Shown piece by piece: positions 1-14,240 of a DNA stretch of 64,000 bases. The position numbers were made by a program, and so were the translations under genes. The notes under the pieces are model-generated. The model was not told where the DNA came from, ran no database searches, and saw only the letters and a list, made by a program, of their open reading frames with translations. The first letter of the stretch is position 1. Each line of letters opens with the position of its first letter. Source of the DNA: Mizuhopecten yessoensis (Eukaryota); NCBI RefSeq assembly GCF_002113885.1, contig NW_018407615.1, positions 1,095,620-1,159,619 of the forward strand, given 5' to 3'.

Positions 1-278
1 CCTTCAGGATCACGATGGCGAAAATAAAACGAAGAATATCCCCTTCAGGATCACGATGGCGACAATAAAACTAAGAATATCCCCTTCAGGATTACGATGG
101 CGACAATAAAACTAAGAAAAGCCCCTTCAGGATCACGATGGCGAAAATAAAACTAAGAATATCCCCTTCAGGATCACGATGGCGACAATAAAACTAAGAA
201 TATCCCCTTCAGGATCACGACGGCGACAATAAAACTAAGAATAGCCCCTTCAGGATCACGATGGCGACAATAAAACTA
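1..278. repeat. 41-bp minisatellite (~7 copies visible, cut by window start)
   Basis: Unit CCTTCAGGATCACGATGGCGACAATAAAACTAAGAATATCC recurs with period 41 (starts at 1, 42, ...). Confidence 0.95.
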
Positions 279-334
279 TGTTTATTCAGTCCTCAACATC
301 GTTGTTTCTATTGAAGTTTCGGAAAGCAAAAGAA

Positions 335-839
335 CCCAACATTAGTCTGAAATATTCAGCAGGCAACGATAGCATATACATGTTCATCAAAAGCAGCTGT
401 AGACACCAAACATAATCATTCACTAGGCTGACTTACTTGACCACACTCACGTATGCGTTTATCGAGGGTACCGAGGTATACGATTTTAGAATGTGTATAA
501 ACATCGGATACAAAGTATTGCTAGTATTTACAGTGTACTGATGTGTATACGTGTATTATTAACCAAAATCATAACAGTTCACATGTACATCATATATTAC
601 TCAAAATCCCGAAACCGAGCCCCTGTGCACATAACTACATAACTTAATTCAAAAACGTCATCTTCACCTATAGCTACAGGTACGCTTTGGTGGAGCAAAA
701 CAGTTTTTGTAAAATGTGATTTTTTTCAGTATTAATTTGTATATTGCGAATTGTAATACATGATAAAAATGACAATTGTGAGATTTCAACAAGTTTTTGT
801 AGATGCAAGTTCTGTTCAAAGATATAGATAACATACGTA
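335..839 (+). repeat. Dispersed duplication, copy 1 (copy 2 at 3701-4097)
   Basis: Near-identical to 3701-4097 from CCCAACATTAGTCTGAAAT to GATAACATACGTA. Copy 1 has ~108 extra bp (about 435-542). This explains the twin ORFs 674..943 and 3932..4147. Confidence 0.9.
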
Positions 840-2261
840 CAGTGGTCTTTTATTATACTTACTGTTATTACATATATTTGTATGTTTTGAATGATAAAAT
901 AACAAAAATAATAAAAAAAATAAAAATCTGATAAGATTCTCAAATATTTTTTTCGTAATACTGGTGTGCTTTTTTTCTTTGTATGATTGATAAAATCACT
1001 ACATTTTCAATTAATTTCAGACTAAATATTTGGTCATTATGCAAGGTAAGTTAAAATTTGATATCTGAATAGTTTGTTTTTGAAGGAATTTGACAATTTT
1101 CACCTTAGAAAATTGGGGAAAATGTGCAGGTTTTTTTAAGGAAAATCAATATTTTTCCAAAATACTTTTTCTTTCTCTATAACACTGAATATTTACAGTA
1201 TTCGCTGTCCAATAGTGGTTCAATATCATTGGAATGACTAAAAGAGCTATTAAAGAGACATTTTGATTTGATTTTTTTTATACTGTAGTATATTATCACG
1301 GATTTAAGTCCTGATATTCTTATTCATATACACAAGAAAAAAAAATGACCCCCTGCCATACATAAGATTTGAGAGTCAAGTTGACCATGACAACAGCATT
1401 AAGTTACGTCGACGTAGTATTCCATGTGATGTTTATTTTAAGATGCTGCGAATTTCAAAACAAATACTGAAATATATCACTTTTATAAATTATTTTTAAA
1501 TGATATAATGACAACCCGGCAGTACAATAGAAATGCCGTTTTCAAACATTCCGGTAGTCTGTCCTAACAACCATGCATCCCCTTACTCGACCATTCGAAA
1601 CACCTAACAACAACGAATTATAATTTGTAATACTAAGTCACTAAACACGTTTCTTAAGTGCAACACATTGTTAAATTAAGTCATTAATCCATTTACTTAG
1701 TTTTATTGTAGACCAAAGCTTACATTTATCGTTTTAGTCCTATCCGGATATGCACAACACAATTACTATCGCCACATGAAAACTTTCCGGAATCCGCCCC
1801 CCGGCATACCGTTTTTTGCTTATCTAACCCGGAGTGTCAATAGCTACTCCGAACAATGAAACAGCCTCTCATATTATTTTATACACTATTCCAATAATCT
1901 TTAATATCTCTACATGATCCAAAGAATCTGCTCTTACGTCAATAAATCGAACAGCCCTCACCTGCTATGCAGCACACTGATATCTGCTGCACACCGTTGA
2001 TACACAGCTTGGCGATATGTGTAAGGAACGACAACTCTGTGTAGAGATTGATAAGATAAAAATGTAGAGCAAATGGAGAGGAAAAACCGTCTTGCGGAAA
2101 AACCACATCCGGAGAGATGTTTCTCTCAAAAGACACTTTATAGCCCGTTACGCAGATGACACAAAGTACATACTTGGCAAATCTCACCGAGTTTTACAAT
2201 TAGTTTGCAGCCCTTAAATTTGGAAAGAAGGTTAATCGCCCCCTCCCCCTGAAATCCCCCC

Positions 2262-2382
2262 NNNNNNNNNNNNNNNNNNNNNNNNNNNNNNNNNNNNNNN
2301 NNNNNNNNNNNNNNNNNNNNNNNNNNNNNNNNNNNNNNNNNNNNNNNNNNNNNNNNNNNNNNNNNNNNNNNNNNNNNNNNNN
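2262..2382. other. Assembly gap (N run) flanked by poly-C
   Basis: Run of N in the sequence. Confidence 1.
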
Positions 2383-3700
2383 CCCCCCCCAACCCCCATC
2401 CCCCATAGATCTCTGGATCCGCCAATATAAGATATCATAGACAGCCTGTGTACTCTGACAGGCAGGAAACTTACCAAAATACTTACATACGTGTACATAT
2501 ACACTTGATCTTTTACATCAACCTATTATTGATTACGTAATGATGATAAAGGCAGGGTGATCTTCAGACGGATTTCTTCTAGTTTATCCTATAATAGAAT
2601 TCCACCTGTTGACAATCTCTTTTATGAATTGAGAGTAATAAATATATAAATTAAAAACAAAGGAATTATTGACGAAAGTTGCGTTTTAAGTCTTTTCAAT
2701 TTTTGTATGGGAAATAGCGCGTGACGTCCGCTGTTATCTTCGTGCCGTTCTAGATATTGACCTGACCTGACTGTAACTGTATACCAGTTGGTCTGCCACA
2801 TCTATAAAGTTTATTGCTTAAATATCCTGTTGTATTGTATAGTACATGTATTAATTGCACGATTTATGACACGGAGCGAAATTGTTACACATCATTCAGC
2901 CTCCGTTATTTTGTATAAAATCCATTTACTATGTTTAACACATGCATGCTATTACATGGTGATACTCATATAAGTTGTACTGCTTTTGGAATAAACTGAA
3001 TTGAATTAAATGGCAAATGAAACCTATATATTTTTACCAAAATGTCACCTTGGGACATGCACTGTTCCGAATGCCAGTGAGAACTGAAATTGTCTTCATA
3101 TAACAGATGTTAATGTACCTTCTGCGCTGAAAAGCAAATCCAAATGTATGTTAAATGCTAAAAGTTTAACTTTTGCCTGTTAAATAGTCGTTTAAATTAT
3201 CAAATTCTTGCATTAGAGATAATCACAACACTCAGATGGCTTACATTATTATCAACTTGACATATTTTCGCCTACTAAATATGTAGGCGAAAATCGAGAT
3301 TTAGTTTTAAGGCAGTTTCTATTTTAAGGTATGTAGATGATATGCGTAAATATGCACATTTGATTTGCAAGTTTATAAGCTTGAGAATGTCATACCGTGT
3401 GTGCCATGATTTTACATGTAACTTATGTTAACTAACACCATTGATTCCAGGGGCTTTATCTATTTCAAAACTCGAAAAATTTAAGATATTTCTTGATCAT
3501 TAGAACGTACATAATCTGAAATCTTTTCAATGAGATGTTGCGCAACTTAAGTTTCATCAATGTTCTTAAATACTAATATTTACTTTTGTGCCTCTGGATA
3601 ACAGTACCAACTCAAAATGTTTGCATGATTCAATGAAAGCAAGTGTGTAGTAAAATTACACAGTACTACATGACATCTGACCCCCCCCCCCCCCCCCCCC

Positions 3701-4097
3701 CCCAACATTAGTCTGAAATATTCAGCAGGCAACGATAGCATATACATGTTCATCAAAAGCATCTGTAGACACCGAACATAATCATTCACTAGGCTGACTT
3801 GTGTATACGTGTATTATTAACCAAAATCATAACAGTTCACATGTACGTCATATATTACTCAAAATCCCGAAACCGAGCCCCTGTGCACATAACTACATAA
3901 CTTAATCCAAAAACGTTATCTTCACCTATAGCTACATGTACGCTTTGGTGGAGCAAAACAGTTTTTGTAAAATGTGATTTTTTTCAGTATTAATTTGTAT
4001 ATTGCGAATTGTAATACATGATAAAAATGACAATTGTGAGATTTCAACAAGTTTTTGTAGATGCAAGTTCTGTTCAGAGATATAGATAACATACGTA
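3701..4097 (+). repeat. Dispersed duplication, copy 2
   Basis: Matches 335-839 apart from the internal ~108-bp indel; preceded by a poly-C tract. Confidence 0.9.
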
Positions 4098-5218
4098 AAG
4101 TCGGCGTACTCAAAGTCTATAATACATCGTGTGCTAATTCCAGACATTTGTAACGAACCCCTGTGCTCCAGGACACAGACGTCGCGGACGTGTCCCTAGG
4201 ATACGGAATGGTTGTGGTTTTGAATCAAGGCACATCATGTTTGTGTCGGGCCACCGAAGCGTGTCTGCTATAAGATCTATAACAGGTCTTTTTTAACAGA
4301 ACAGAATAATTGTCTGTCCTCTAGAACCTACTCTAGCGTCCGTTGCAAGTGGTGAAGCAGGTGAAATCGTCCCGGCTCGTCGGCCAGTCCCTCATCGATA
4401 GTAACCCATGCCGAATGCTCAAACGATGAGCCAACAGCATCTTTTAAATGGTCATCTGGTTTCTTAGGAAACTCTACATTTCTAGGACGCACTTTCCTAC
4501 CTCGTTGAAAGTCCAACCGCTTCGTGGCCTGATGCGCGAAGCCGCTGCACAACCGGTTTTTAACGGTCAGCTATATATCTCCGCAAACACGGAATAAATT
4601 TCTGACTTTTTGCGACTAAAATATTTTATTGGGTATTTTTGCTTTAAATTAAGATCTACTGTCAATTTTTAAGTTAATCAATGCTTGTTAAACATGCTGG
4701 TAATATAAATTAGATTATTAAAAAATATGCAAAGTGGAACTATTTGTTTATTGCTCAACTGTGTATTTCGTCACCGTTGACAACACATAATCTTTCCCGC
4801 GAAAAAGGCTGTTCAATTCATGTTGTTCTCATGACGGTGAAACGTGAAAACAGACATGTGTTTTTCTTAATTTCAAGGAATAAAAGTGGATGCAATAGCA
4901 CGTAAATACAAGGTTACCTAAAATAAACATATCTTTTTGCGTTGTCGACTCGTTGTCATTTGTAACAACTTCGGTAGACACCGAAAGATAGATTGGTACG
5001 TGTCGGAACCTTAAAAGTCTTAACCAGTCTCCAATTGACGGTCTGGAGATGAATATTTGTTAATACAGCAAAGGATATTTTCAATTAATTTTATGCAAGC
5101 ATGTTTCTTTATGATATGTATGTTGTTGTGTTAAGACTTAAAATTCATCAAGGTATATCGGGGAGCATTTATACCTTACACGGTCTAACAAGAATCCTTA
5201 AAATGAATCTGCATTCTT

Positions 5219-8200
5219 AGCTCCGAGGACATCTAAGTTTTGTCTATGGTACTGTAACCTCTCCTGAAGCTCCGAGGACATCTAAGTTTTGTCTATGGTA
5301 CTGTAACCTCTCCTGAAGCTCCGAGGACATCTAAGTTTTGTCTATGGTACTGTAACCTCTCCTGCAGCTCCGAGGACATCTAAGTTTTGTCTATGGCACA
5401 GTAACCTCTCCTGAAGCTCCGAGGACATCTAAGCTTTGTCTACGACACTGTAACCTCTCCTGCAGCTCCGAGGACATCTAAATTATGTCTATGGCACAGT
5501 AACCTCTCCTGCAACTCCGAGGACATCTAAGTTTTGTCTACGGTACTGTAACTTCTCCTGAAGCTCCGAGGACATCTAAATTATGTCTATGGCACAGTAC
5601 CCTCTCCTGAAGCTCCGAGGACATCTAAGCTTTTTCTACGACACTGTAACCTCTCCTAAAGCTCCGAGGACATCTAAGTTTTGTCTATAGCACTGTAACC
5701 AGTCCTGAAGCTCCGAGGACATCTAAGTTATGTCTATGGTACTGTAACCTCTCCTGAAGCTCCGAGGACATGAAGCTCCGAGGACATCTAAGTTATGTCT
5801 ATGGCACTGTAACCTCTCCTGAAGCTCCGAGGACATGAAGCTCCGAGGACATCTAAGTTATGTCTACGGCACTGTAACCTCTCCTGAAGCTACGAGGACA
5901 TCTAAGTTATGTCTACGGCACTGTAACCTCCCCTGCAGCTCCGAGGACATCTAAGTTTTGTCTATGGCATAGTAACCTCCCCTGAAGCTCCGAGGACATC
6001 TAAATTTTGTCTATGGCACAGTAACCTCTTCTGAAGCTCCGAGGACATCTAAGTTTTGTCCATAGCACTGTAACCAGTCCTGAAGCTCCGAGGACATCTA
6101 AGTTATGTCTACGGAACTGTAACCTCTCCTGCAGCTCCGAGGACATCTAAGTTATGTCTATGGCACTGTCACCTCTCCTGAAGCTCCGAGGACATCTAAG
6201 CTTTGACTACGACACTGTAACCTCTCCTAAAGCTCCGAGGACATCTAAGTTTTGTCTATGGCGCTGTAACCTCTCCTGAAGCTCCGAGGACATCTAAGCT
6301 TTGACTACGACACTGTAACCTCTCCTAAAGCTCCGAGGACATCTAAGTTATGTCTACGGCACTGTCACCTCTCCTGAAGCTCCGAGGACATCTAAGCTTT
6401 GACTACGACACTGTAACCTCTCCTAAAGCTCCGAGGACATCTAAGTTATGTCTACGGCACTGTCACCTCTCCGGAAGCTCCGAGGACATCTTAGTTTTGG
6501 CTACGGCACTGTAACCTCCCCTGAAGCTCCGAGGACATCTAAGTTTTGTCTATGGCACTGTCACCTCTCCTGAAGCTCCGAGGACATCTTAGTTTTGTCT
6601 ACGGCACTGTAACCTCCCCTGCAGCTCCGAGGACATCTAAGTTTTGTCTATGGCACAGTAACCTCCCCTGAAGCTCCGAGGACATCTAAGTTTTGTCTAC
6701 GACACTGTAACCTCTCCTGAAGCTCAGAGGACATCTAAGTTTTGTCTATGGCACTGTAACCTCCCCTGAAGCTCCGAGGACATCTAAGTTATGTCTACGG
6801 CACTGTAACCTCTACTGCAGCTCCGAGGACATCTAAGTTATGTCTACGGCACTGTCACTGTCTACGGCACTGTCACCTCTCCTGAAGCTCCGAGGACATC
6901 TAAGCTTTGTCTACGACACTGTAACCTCTCCTAAAGCTCCGAGGACATCTAAGTTATGTCTACGGCACTGTCACTGTCTACGGCACTGTCACCTCTCCTG
7001 AAGCTCCGAGGACATCTAAGTTATGTCTACGGCACTGTCACCTCTCCTGAAGCTCCGAGGACATCTTAGTTTTGTCTACGGCACTGTAACCTCCCCTGAA
7101 GCTCCGAGGACATCTAAGTTTTGTCTATGGCACTGTAACCTCTCCTGAAGCTCCGAGGACATCTAAGATTTGTCTATGGCACTGTCACCTTTCCGGAAGC
7201 TCCGAGGACATCTAAGTTTTGTCTACGGCACTGTCACCTCTCCTGAACCTCAGAGAACATCTAAGTTTTGTCTATGGCATTGTAACCTGAAGCTCCGAGG
7301 ACATCTAAGTTTTGTCTATGGCACAGTAACCTCTCCTGAACATCCGAGGACATCTAAGTTTTGTCTATGGCAGTGTCACCTCTCCTGAACCTCCGAGGAC
7401 ATCTAAGTTTTGTCTATGGCACTGTCAACTCTCCGGAAGCGCCGAGGACATCTAAGTTTTATCTATGGCACTGTCACCTCGCCTGAAGCTCCGAGGACAT
7501 CTGAGTTATGTCTACGGCACTGTAAATTAAAGCTCCCAGGACAACTAAGTTTTGTCTACGGCACATTAACCTCTCCTGAAGCTCCGGGGCGATCTAAGTT
7601 TTGTCTACGACACTGTAACCTCTCCTGCAGCTCCGCGGACATCTAAGTTATGTCTATTGCACTGTAAATTAAAGCTCCCAGGACAACTAAGTTTTGTCTA
7701 CGGTACTGTAACCTCTACTGAAGCTCCGACGACATCTAAGTTTTGTCAATGGCACTGTAAACTCTCCGGAAGCGCCGAGGACATCTAAGTTTTGTCTACG
7801 GCACTGTCACCTCTCCTGAACATCCGAGCACATCTAAGTTTTGTCTATGGCACTGTAACCTCTCCTGAAGCTCCGAGGACATCCAAGTTTTATCTATGGC
7901 ACTGTCACCTCTCCTGAAGCTCCGAGGACATCTAAGTTTTGTCTACGGCACTGTCACCTCTCCTGAAGCTCCGAGGATATCCAAGTTTTATCTATGGTAC
8001 TGTCACCTCTACTGAAGCTCCGACGACATCTAAGTTTTGTATACGGCACTGTCACCTCTCCTGAAGCTCCGAGGACATCTAGGTTGTGTCTATGGCACAG
8101 TAACCTGAAGCTCCGAGGACATCTAAGTTTTGTCTATGGTACTGTTACCTCTCCTGAAGCTCCGAGGACATCTAAGTTTTGTATACGGCACTGTCACCTC

Positions 8201-9225
8201 TCCTGAAGCTCCGAGGACATCTAAGTTTTGTCTATGGCACTGTAACCTCTCCTGAAGCTCCGAGGACATCCAAGTTTTGTCTATGGCACTGTCACCTCTC
8301 CTGAAGCTCCGACGACATCTAAGTTTTGTCTACGGCACTGTCACCTCTCCTGAAGCTCTGAGGACATCTAAGTTGTGTCTATGGCACAGTAACCTGAAGC
8401 TCCGAGGACATCTAAGTTTTGTCTATGGCACTGTAACCTCTCCCGCAGCTCCGAGGACATCTAAGTTTTGTCTATGGCATAGTAACCTCTCCTGAAGCTC
8501 CGAGGACATCTAAGTTTTTTCTATGGCACTGTAACCTCTCCTGAAGCTCCGACGACATCTAAGTTGTGTCTATGGCACAGTAACCTGAAGCTCCGAGGAC
8601 ATCTAAGTTTTGTCTACGGTACTGTAACCTCTCCTGAAGCTCCGAGGACATCTAAGTTCTGTCTACGGCACTGTAACCTCTCCTGAAGCTCCGAGGACAT
8701 CCAAGTTTTGTCTATGGCACTGTCACCTCTCCTGAAGCTCCGAGGACATCTAAGTTTTGTCTATGGTACTGTAACCTCTCCTGAAGCTCCGAGGATATCT
8801 AAGTTTGTCTATGGCACAGAAACCTCTCCTGAAGCTCCGAGGACATCTAAGTTTTGTCTACGGCACAGTAACCGCTCCTGAAGCTCCGAGGACATCTAAG
8901 TTTTGTCTATGGTACTGTAACCTCTCCTGAAGCTCCGAGGATATCTAAGTTTGTCTATGGCACAGAAACCTCTCCTGAAGCTCCGAGGACATCTAAGTTT
9001 TGTCTACGGCACTGTAACCTCTCCTGAAGCTCCGAGGACATCTAAGTTTTGTCTATGGCACAGTTACCTCTCCTGAAGCTCCGAGGACATCTAAGTTATG
9101 TCTATGGCACTGTAACCTCTCCTGAAGCTCCGAGGACATCTAAGTTTTGTCTATGGCACAGTAACCTCCCCTGAAGCTCCGAGGACATCTAAGTTTTGTC
9201 TATGGCACTGTAACTTTTTCCTGAA
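5219..9225. repeat. 49-bp satellite array (~80 copies)
   Basis: Unit CTGAAGCTCCGAGGACATCTAAGTTTTGTCTATGGCACTGTAACCTCTC; CTCCGAGG at 5221 and 5270 gives period 49. Occasional deletion variants. Confidence 0.97.
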
Positions 9226-10576
9226 GAGTGTACACTTACCAGCGATTTCCAAACAAATAGTCGTACTTCAAGATCGGCGTACCCTTAAAAACTTATGTAA
9301 AAAGTATGGGTATACCTATTCAGGGTCCATCGTTAATGAACACGGTAACATATACATATATTTATTCTTCAGCAGTACTTAAAAGAATAAATTGTAACTC
9401 TTGAAGCTCTGACGTTATCGGTGCCAATTTTCACCAGTACTACATTGTATATAGAACCAAGGGAGTATTAAACCATGATAAAACATGCCCGACAGCAGAA
9501 TTCACACATACCGATGTGCAAATGATCCATTAAAATGTTAAAGCCTGTCCTAGCGCCTCGTGATCACGTACTACAAATATTAAAGTCTACGTCGTTAACA
9601 ACGATATTTCAGGGTGTGTTTTTTAAATACCAGTGTCCCCTTCAATCGCATGGCTGCATATCGGATGTAAAAAAAAAATGGTTCAACGAACAAAGGCATA
9701 GAAAACCGAATAAAGAAATTTTAACGGCAAAGTTTAAAATGAAGAAAATCAATTTGCACGCAAATGTTAAATACACAACATAAACATGGACAAGTTTAGG
9801 TAAGCTATGGGAATATAAAGTCGATTTGTGTGCATTGTATTTACCGTAGTATTTACTTATACCCCTGTACAATTAAGGCTCACTGGAGCGACGCCTAACC
9901 ATACCTATTACCACTGACAATCGGCAAGATTAGCCACACGAAGTCGCCCACCCGGAACTCGATCGGCGCTTCAATATAAACGATGTGGACGATTTCAATT
10001 TGCAAATTAAATTTCTACTGGGGACCCACGAAAGGTTAAGAAATGGCAGGTATAGTTTATATAATCGTATAGTACACTACGCCCACACGAACAATAAAAT
10101 GTATACCCATCCCACTTCATGCACACCGTCCGTGTAAAACACGAAGTCGTTCGAAACCGTTGTTTATGATTGGATTAAATGTTTCTTGCACAAAGAAATA
10201 ACATGTAAATAATTAACCCTCATTGACATCATAGAACAACAGCACGGTGTGATATTACAATAATCTGTAACTGTTCTGTGCCGTTATTTGTAGAATTGGC
10301 TAGGAGTCTGGCTATGTCGGTTATCGATTTAGCAGTTTTAGGTTACGGATTCCCCATGATGGGCCCCTGTTGCTTACTCTGTCAGACAACGTAATGGATG
10401 GAATTGTAAACAGTAGGTATACAGGACACGTTCAGGTAGCCATGTTTGTGACCGAGACAAGATGATCGGGGGACGTGAGTTCGGGGTACAATATTCGGCA
10501 ACACACTGACGACTGACAGGTGAGTTACATAGTACATACTGTTAATATCTAAAATAACCGTAGGTTGTCACTAGTN

Positions 10577-10744
10577 TAGTTTTGTCTACGGCACTGTAAC
10601 CTCCCCTGCAGCTCCGAGGACATCTAAGTTTTGTCTACGGCACCGTAACCTCTCCTGAAGCTCCGGGGACATCTAAGTTTTGTCTACGGCACTGTAATTA
10701 CCTCCCCTGCAGCTCCGAGGACATCTAAGTTTTGTCTACGGCAC
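10577..10744. repeat. Short block of the same 49-bp satellite between two single N, inside a ~256-bp direct duplication
   Basis: N at 10576 and 10745; 10319-10574 appears identical to 10746-11001. Confidence 0.9.
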
Positions 10745-11524
10745 NGGTTATCGATTTAGCAGTTTTAGGTTACGGATTCCCCATGATGGGCCCCTGTTGC
10801 TTACTCTGTCAGACAACGTAATGGATGGAATTGTAAACAGTAGGTATACAGGACACGTTCAGGTAGCCATGTTTGTGACCGAGACAAGATGATCGGGGGA
10901 CGTGAGTTCGGGGTACAATATTCGGCAACACACTGACGACTGACAGGTGAGTTACATAGTACATACTGTTAATATCTAAAATAACCGTAGGTTGTCACTA
11001 GAGTACAGCCGACACATGTGTTCTCTGTTTACACTTAGACATGCGTATATACATGTCATACTTGGTGAATATTGTGCATATATATAACTTACACGTAGTT
11101 AAATGACGGCCACAGACGTCTGTGATGGCACCGAACCAGCAATCCACAGTGTCTAGTTCATTCTATAATATATGCGTGTGTGCTAGTGCGGTACACCCAT
11201 CACCTCACAGGGACACGCGAAATTAGTCACAGGATGAGCTTCATGTTTTGATCCATAATGCCAGTGTGTGGGTTATTGCATTGTATTTCGCATTTTACTA
11301 AGGGATTAAGATTGCACACCTTGTGATTAATTTTAATGGATCCTCGTGGTCGACGTGTGTGTTTGAGCACGGAAGCACGATATACATGCATGTGTACATA
11401 TCGACCTGTGTACATGTGTGTTTGAGCACGGTAGCACGGTATACATGCATGTGTACATATCGACCTGTGTGTAAGAATACACCGTACATATAAAATCAGT
11501 ATACGCATCGACCTGTGTGTAACA

Positions 11525-12068
11525 GTTTATCACGTACTTGGACACATCAACTTGTGCCCCTGAGTATAACGTATATAGATCGACCTATGTGTAAGTTCAA
11601 TTAGTTTATCACGGACTTGGACACATCAACCCGTGCTCCTGAGTATACTGTATATACATCGACCTATGTGTAAGTACAATTAGTTTATCACTTACTTGGA
11701 CACATCAACTTGTGCCCCTGAGTATACTGGATATAGATCGACCTATGTGTAAGTTCAATTAGTTTATCACGTACTTGGACACATCAACCCGTGCTCCTGA
11801 GTATACTGTATATAGATCGACCTATGTGTAAGTACAATTAGTTTATCACTTACTTGGACACATCAACTTGTGCCCCTGAGTATACCGTATATAGATCGAC
11901 CTATGTGTAAGTTCAATTAGTTTATCACGTACTTGGACACATCAACCTGTGCTCCTGAGTATACAGTATATAGATCGACCTATGTGTAAGTACAATTAGT
12001 TTATCACGTTCTTGGACACATCAACTTGTGCCCCTGAGTATACCGTATATAGATCGACCTATGTGTAA
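11525..12068. repeat. 79-bp tandem repeat (7 copies) with alternating A/B variants
   Basis: GTTTATCAC starts at 11525, 11604, 11683, 11762, 11841, 11920 and 11999. Units alternate TTGTGCCCC..GTTCAAT and CCGTGCTCC..GTACAAT. Confidence 0.93.
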
Positions 12069-12149
12069 GAACGGTTTACAATGTCATGTCGATCTTTCAG
12101 TAAAATAGTATAATGTACATGTTGATACCTCGACCTTTAGAACGATAAA

Positions 12150-14240
12150 AATGTCGACCTATTAGTAAGAATGGTAGGTACGTCGACCTATTGGTAAAGC
12201 GGTATAAACGTCGACCTATTAGTAAGAACGGTACAGACGTCGACATATCAGTAAGAACGGTAAATACGTCACCTATTGGTAAGAAAGGTATACACGTCCA
12301 CCTATTAGTAAGAAAGGTATACATACGCCGACCAATTATTAAGAATAACATGCACGTCGGCCTATTAGTAAGAACTGTATACACACGCCGAACTATTGGT
12401 AAAAGTGGTATACATACGCCGACCTATTAGTAAGAATAGTATACACGTCGACCTATTAGTAAGACCGGTACACACGTGGACATATTAGAAAGAATAGTAT
12501 ACACGTCCATCTATTAGTCAGAATAGTATACACGTGGACATATAAGTAAGAATAAGTATACACGTCCACCTATTAAGAAGAATAGTATACACGTCCACCT
12601 ATTAGTAAGAATCGTATACACGTCCACCTATTAGTAAGAATAGTATACACGTCCACCTATAAGTAAGAATAGTATACACGTCCACCTATTAAAAAGAATA
12701 GTATACACGTCCACCTATTAGTAAGAATAGTATACACGTCCACCTATTAATAAGAATAGTATACACGTCCACCTATTAGTAAGAATAGTATACACGTCCA
12801 CCTATTAGTAAGAATAGTATACACGTCCACCTATAAGTGAGAATAGTATACACGTCCACATATTAATAAGAATAGTATACACGTCCACCTATTAATAAGA
12901 ATAGTATACACGTCCACCTATTAGTAAGAATAGTATACACGTCCACCTATTAGTAAGAATAGTATACACGTCCACCTATTAGTAAGAATAGTATACACGT
13001 CCACCTATTAGTAAGAATAGTATACACGTCCACCTATTAGTAAGAATAGTATACACGTCCACCTATTAGTAAGAATAGTATACACGTCCACCTATTAGTA
13101 AGAATAGTATACACGTCCACCTATTAGTAAGAATAGTATACACGTCCACCTATTAGTAAGAATAGTATACACGTCCACCTATTAGTAAGAATAGTATACA
13201 CGTCCACCTATTAGTAAGAATAGTATACACGTCCACCTATTAGTAAGAATAGTATACACGTCCACCTATTAGTAAGAATAGTATACACGTCCACCTATTA
13301 ATAAGAATAGTATACACGTCCACCTATTAATAAGAATAGTATACACGTCCACCTATTAGTAAGAATAGTATACACGTCCACCTATTAGTAAGAATAGTAT
13401 ACACGTCCACCTATTAGTAAGAATAGTATACACGTCCACCTATTAGTAAGAATAGTATACACGTCCACCTATTAGTAAGAATAGTATACACGTCCACCTA
13501 TTAGTAAGAATAGTATACACGTCCACCTATTAGTAAGAATAGTATACACGTCCACCTATTAGTAAGAATAGTATACACGTCCACCTATTAGTAAGAATAG
13601 TATACACGTCCACCTATTAGTAAGAATAGTATACACGTCCACCTATTAGTAAGAATAGTATACACGTCCACCTATTAGTAAGAATAGTATACACGTCCAC
13701 CTATGAGTAAGAATAGTATACATGTCGACCTTCATTGTATTAATAAGAATAGAATACACGTCGACCTATTAGTAAGAACGCAGTACACGTCGATCTTATT
13801 GTAAAAACGGTATACATGTCGACCTATTTAATTGGTACGAACGGTTTACACGTCGACCTATTAGTTAGAACGGTACACACGACGATATGTTAGTAAGAAC
13901 GGTTTACACGTCGACCTATTTAATTGGTACGAACGGTATACATGTCGACCTATTATTTAGAACGGTACACACGTCGATATGTTAGTTAGAACGGTATATA
14001 CGTCGGCCTCTTAGTTAATAACGGTATACACGTCGATATGTTATATAATTAGTAAGAACGGTATATACGTCGGCCTGTTAATTAATAACGGTATACACGT
14101 CGAACTATTAGTAAGAACGGTATACATTTCGACAGCTTTAAAAGACTAGTTTACAGGTCTACCTATTAGTAAGAACGGTTTATGTTTCGACCGATTGGAA
14201 AGAAGTGTACAAATGTCGACCTATTAGTAAGAACGGTTTC
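12150..14240. repeat. 29-bp minisatellite with homogeneous core (~12560-13720) and degenerate flanks
   Basis: Unit GTCCACCTATTAGTAAGAATAGTATACAC; flanks carry GTCGACCTATTAGTAAGAACGG variants. Confidence 0.95.

Noticed and set aside
674-943. Duplicated small ORF (also 3932..4147)
   Set aside because: Lies in an AT-rich duplicated repeat, starts differ between copies, and no protein motif is evident.
2138-2504. ORFs spanning the N gap
   Set aside because: Artefacts of N translation.
5219-9225. CRISPR-like array or repeat-protein ORFs (7170-8495)
   Set aside because: Units are contiguous with no unique spacers, no cas genes are present and the context is eukaryotic; the ORFs are chance read-throughs of a 49-bp unit.
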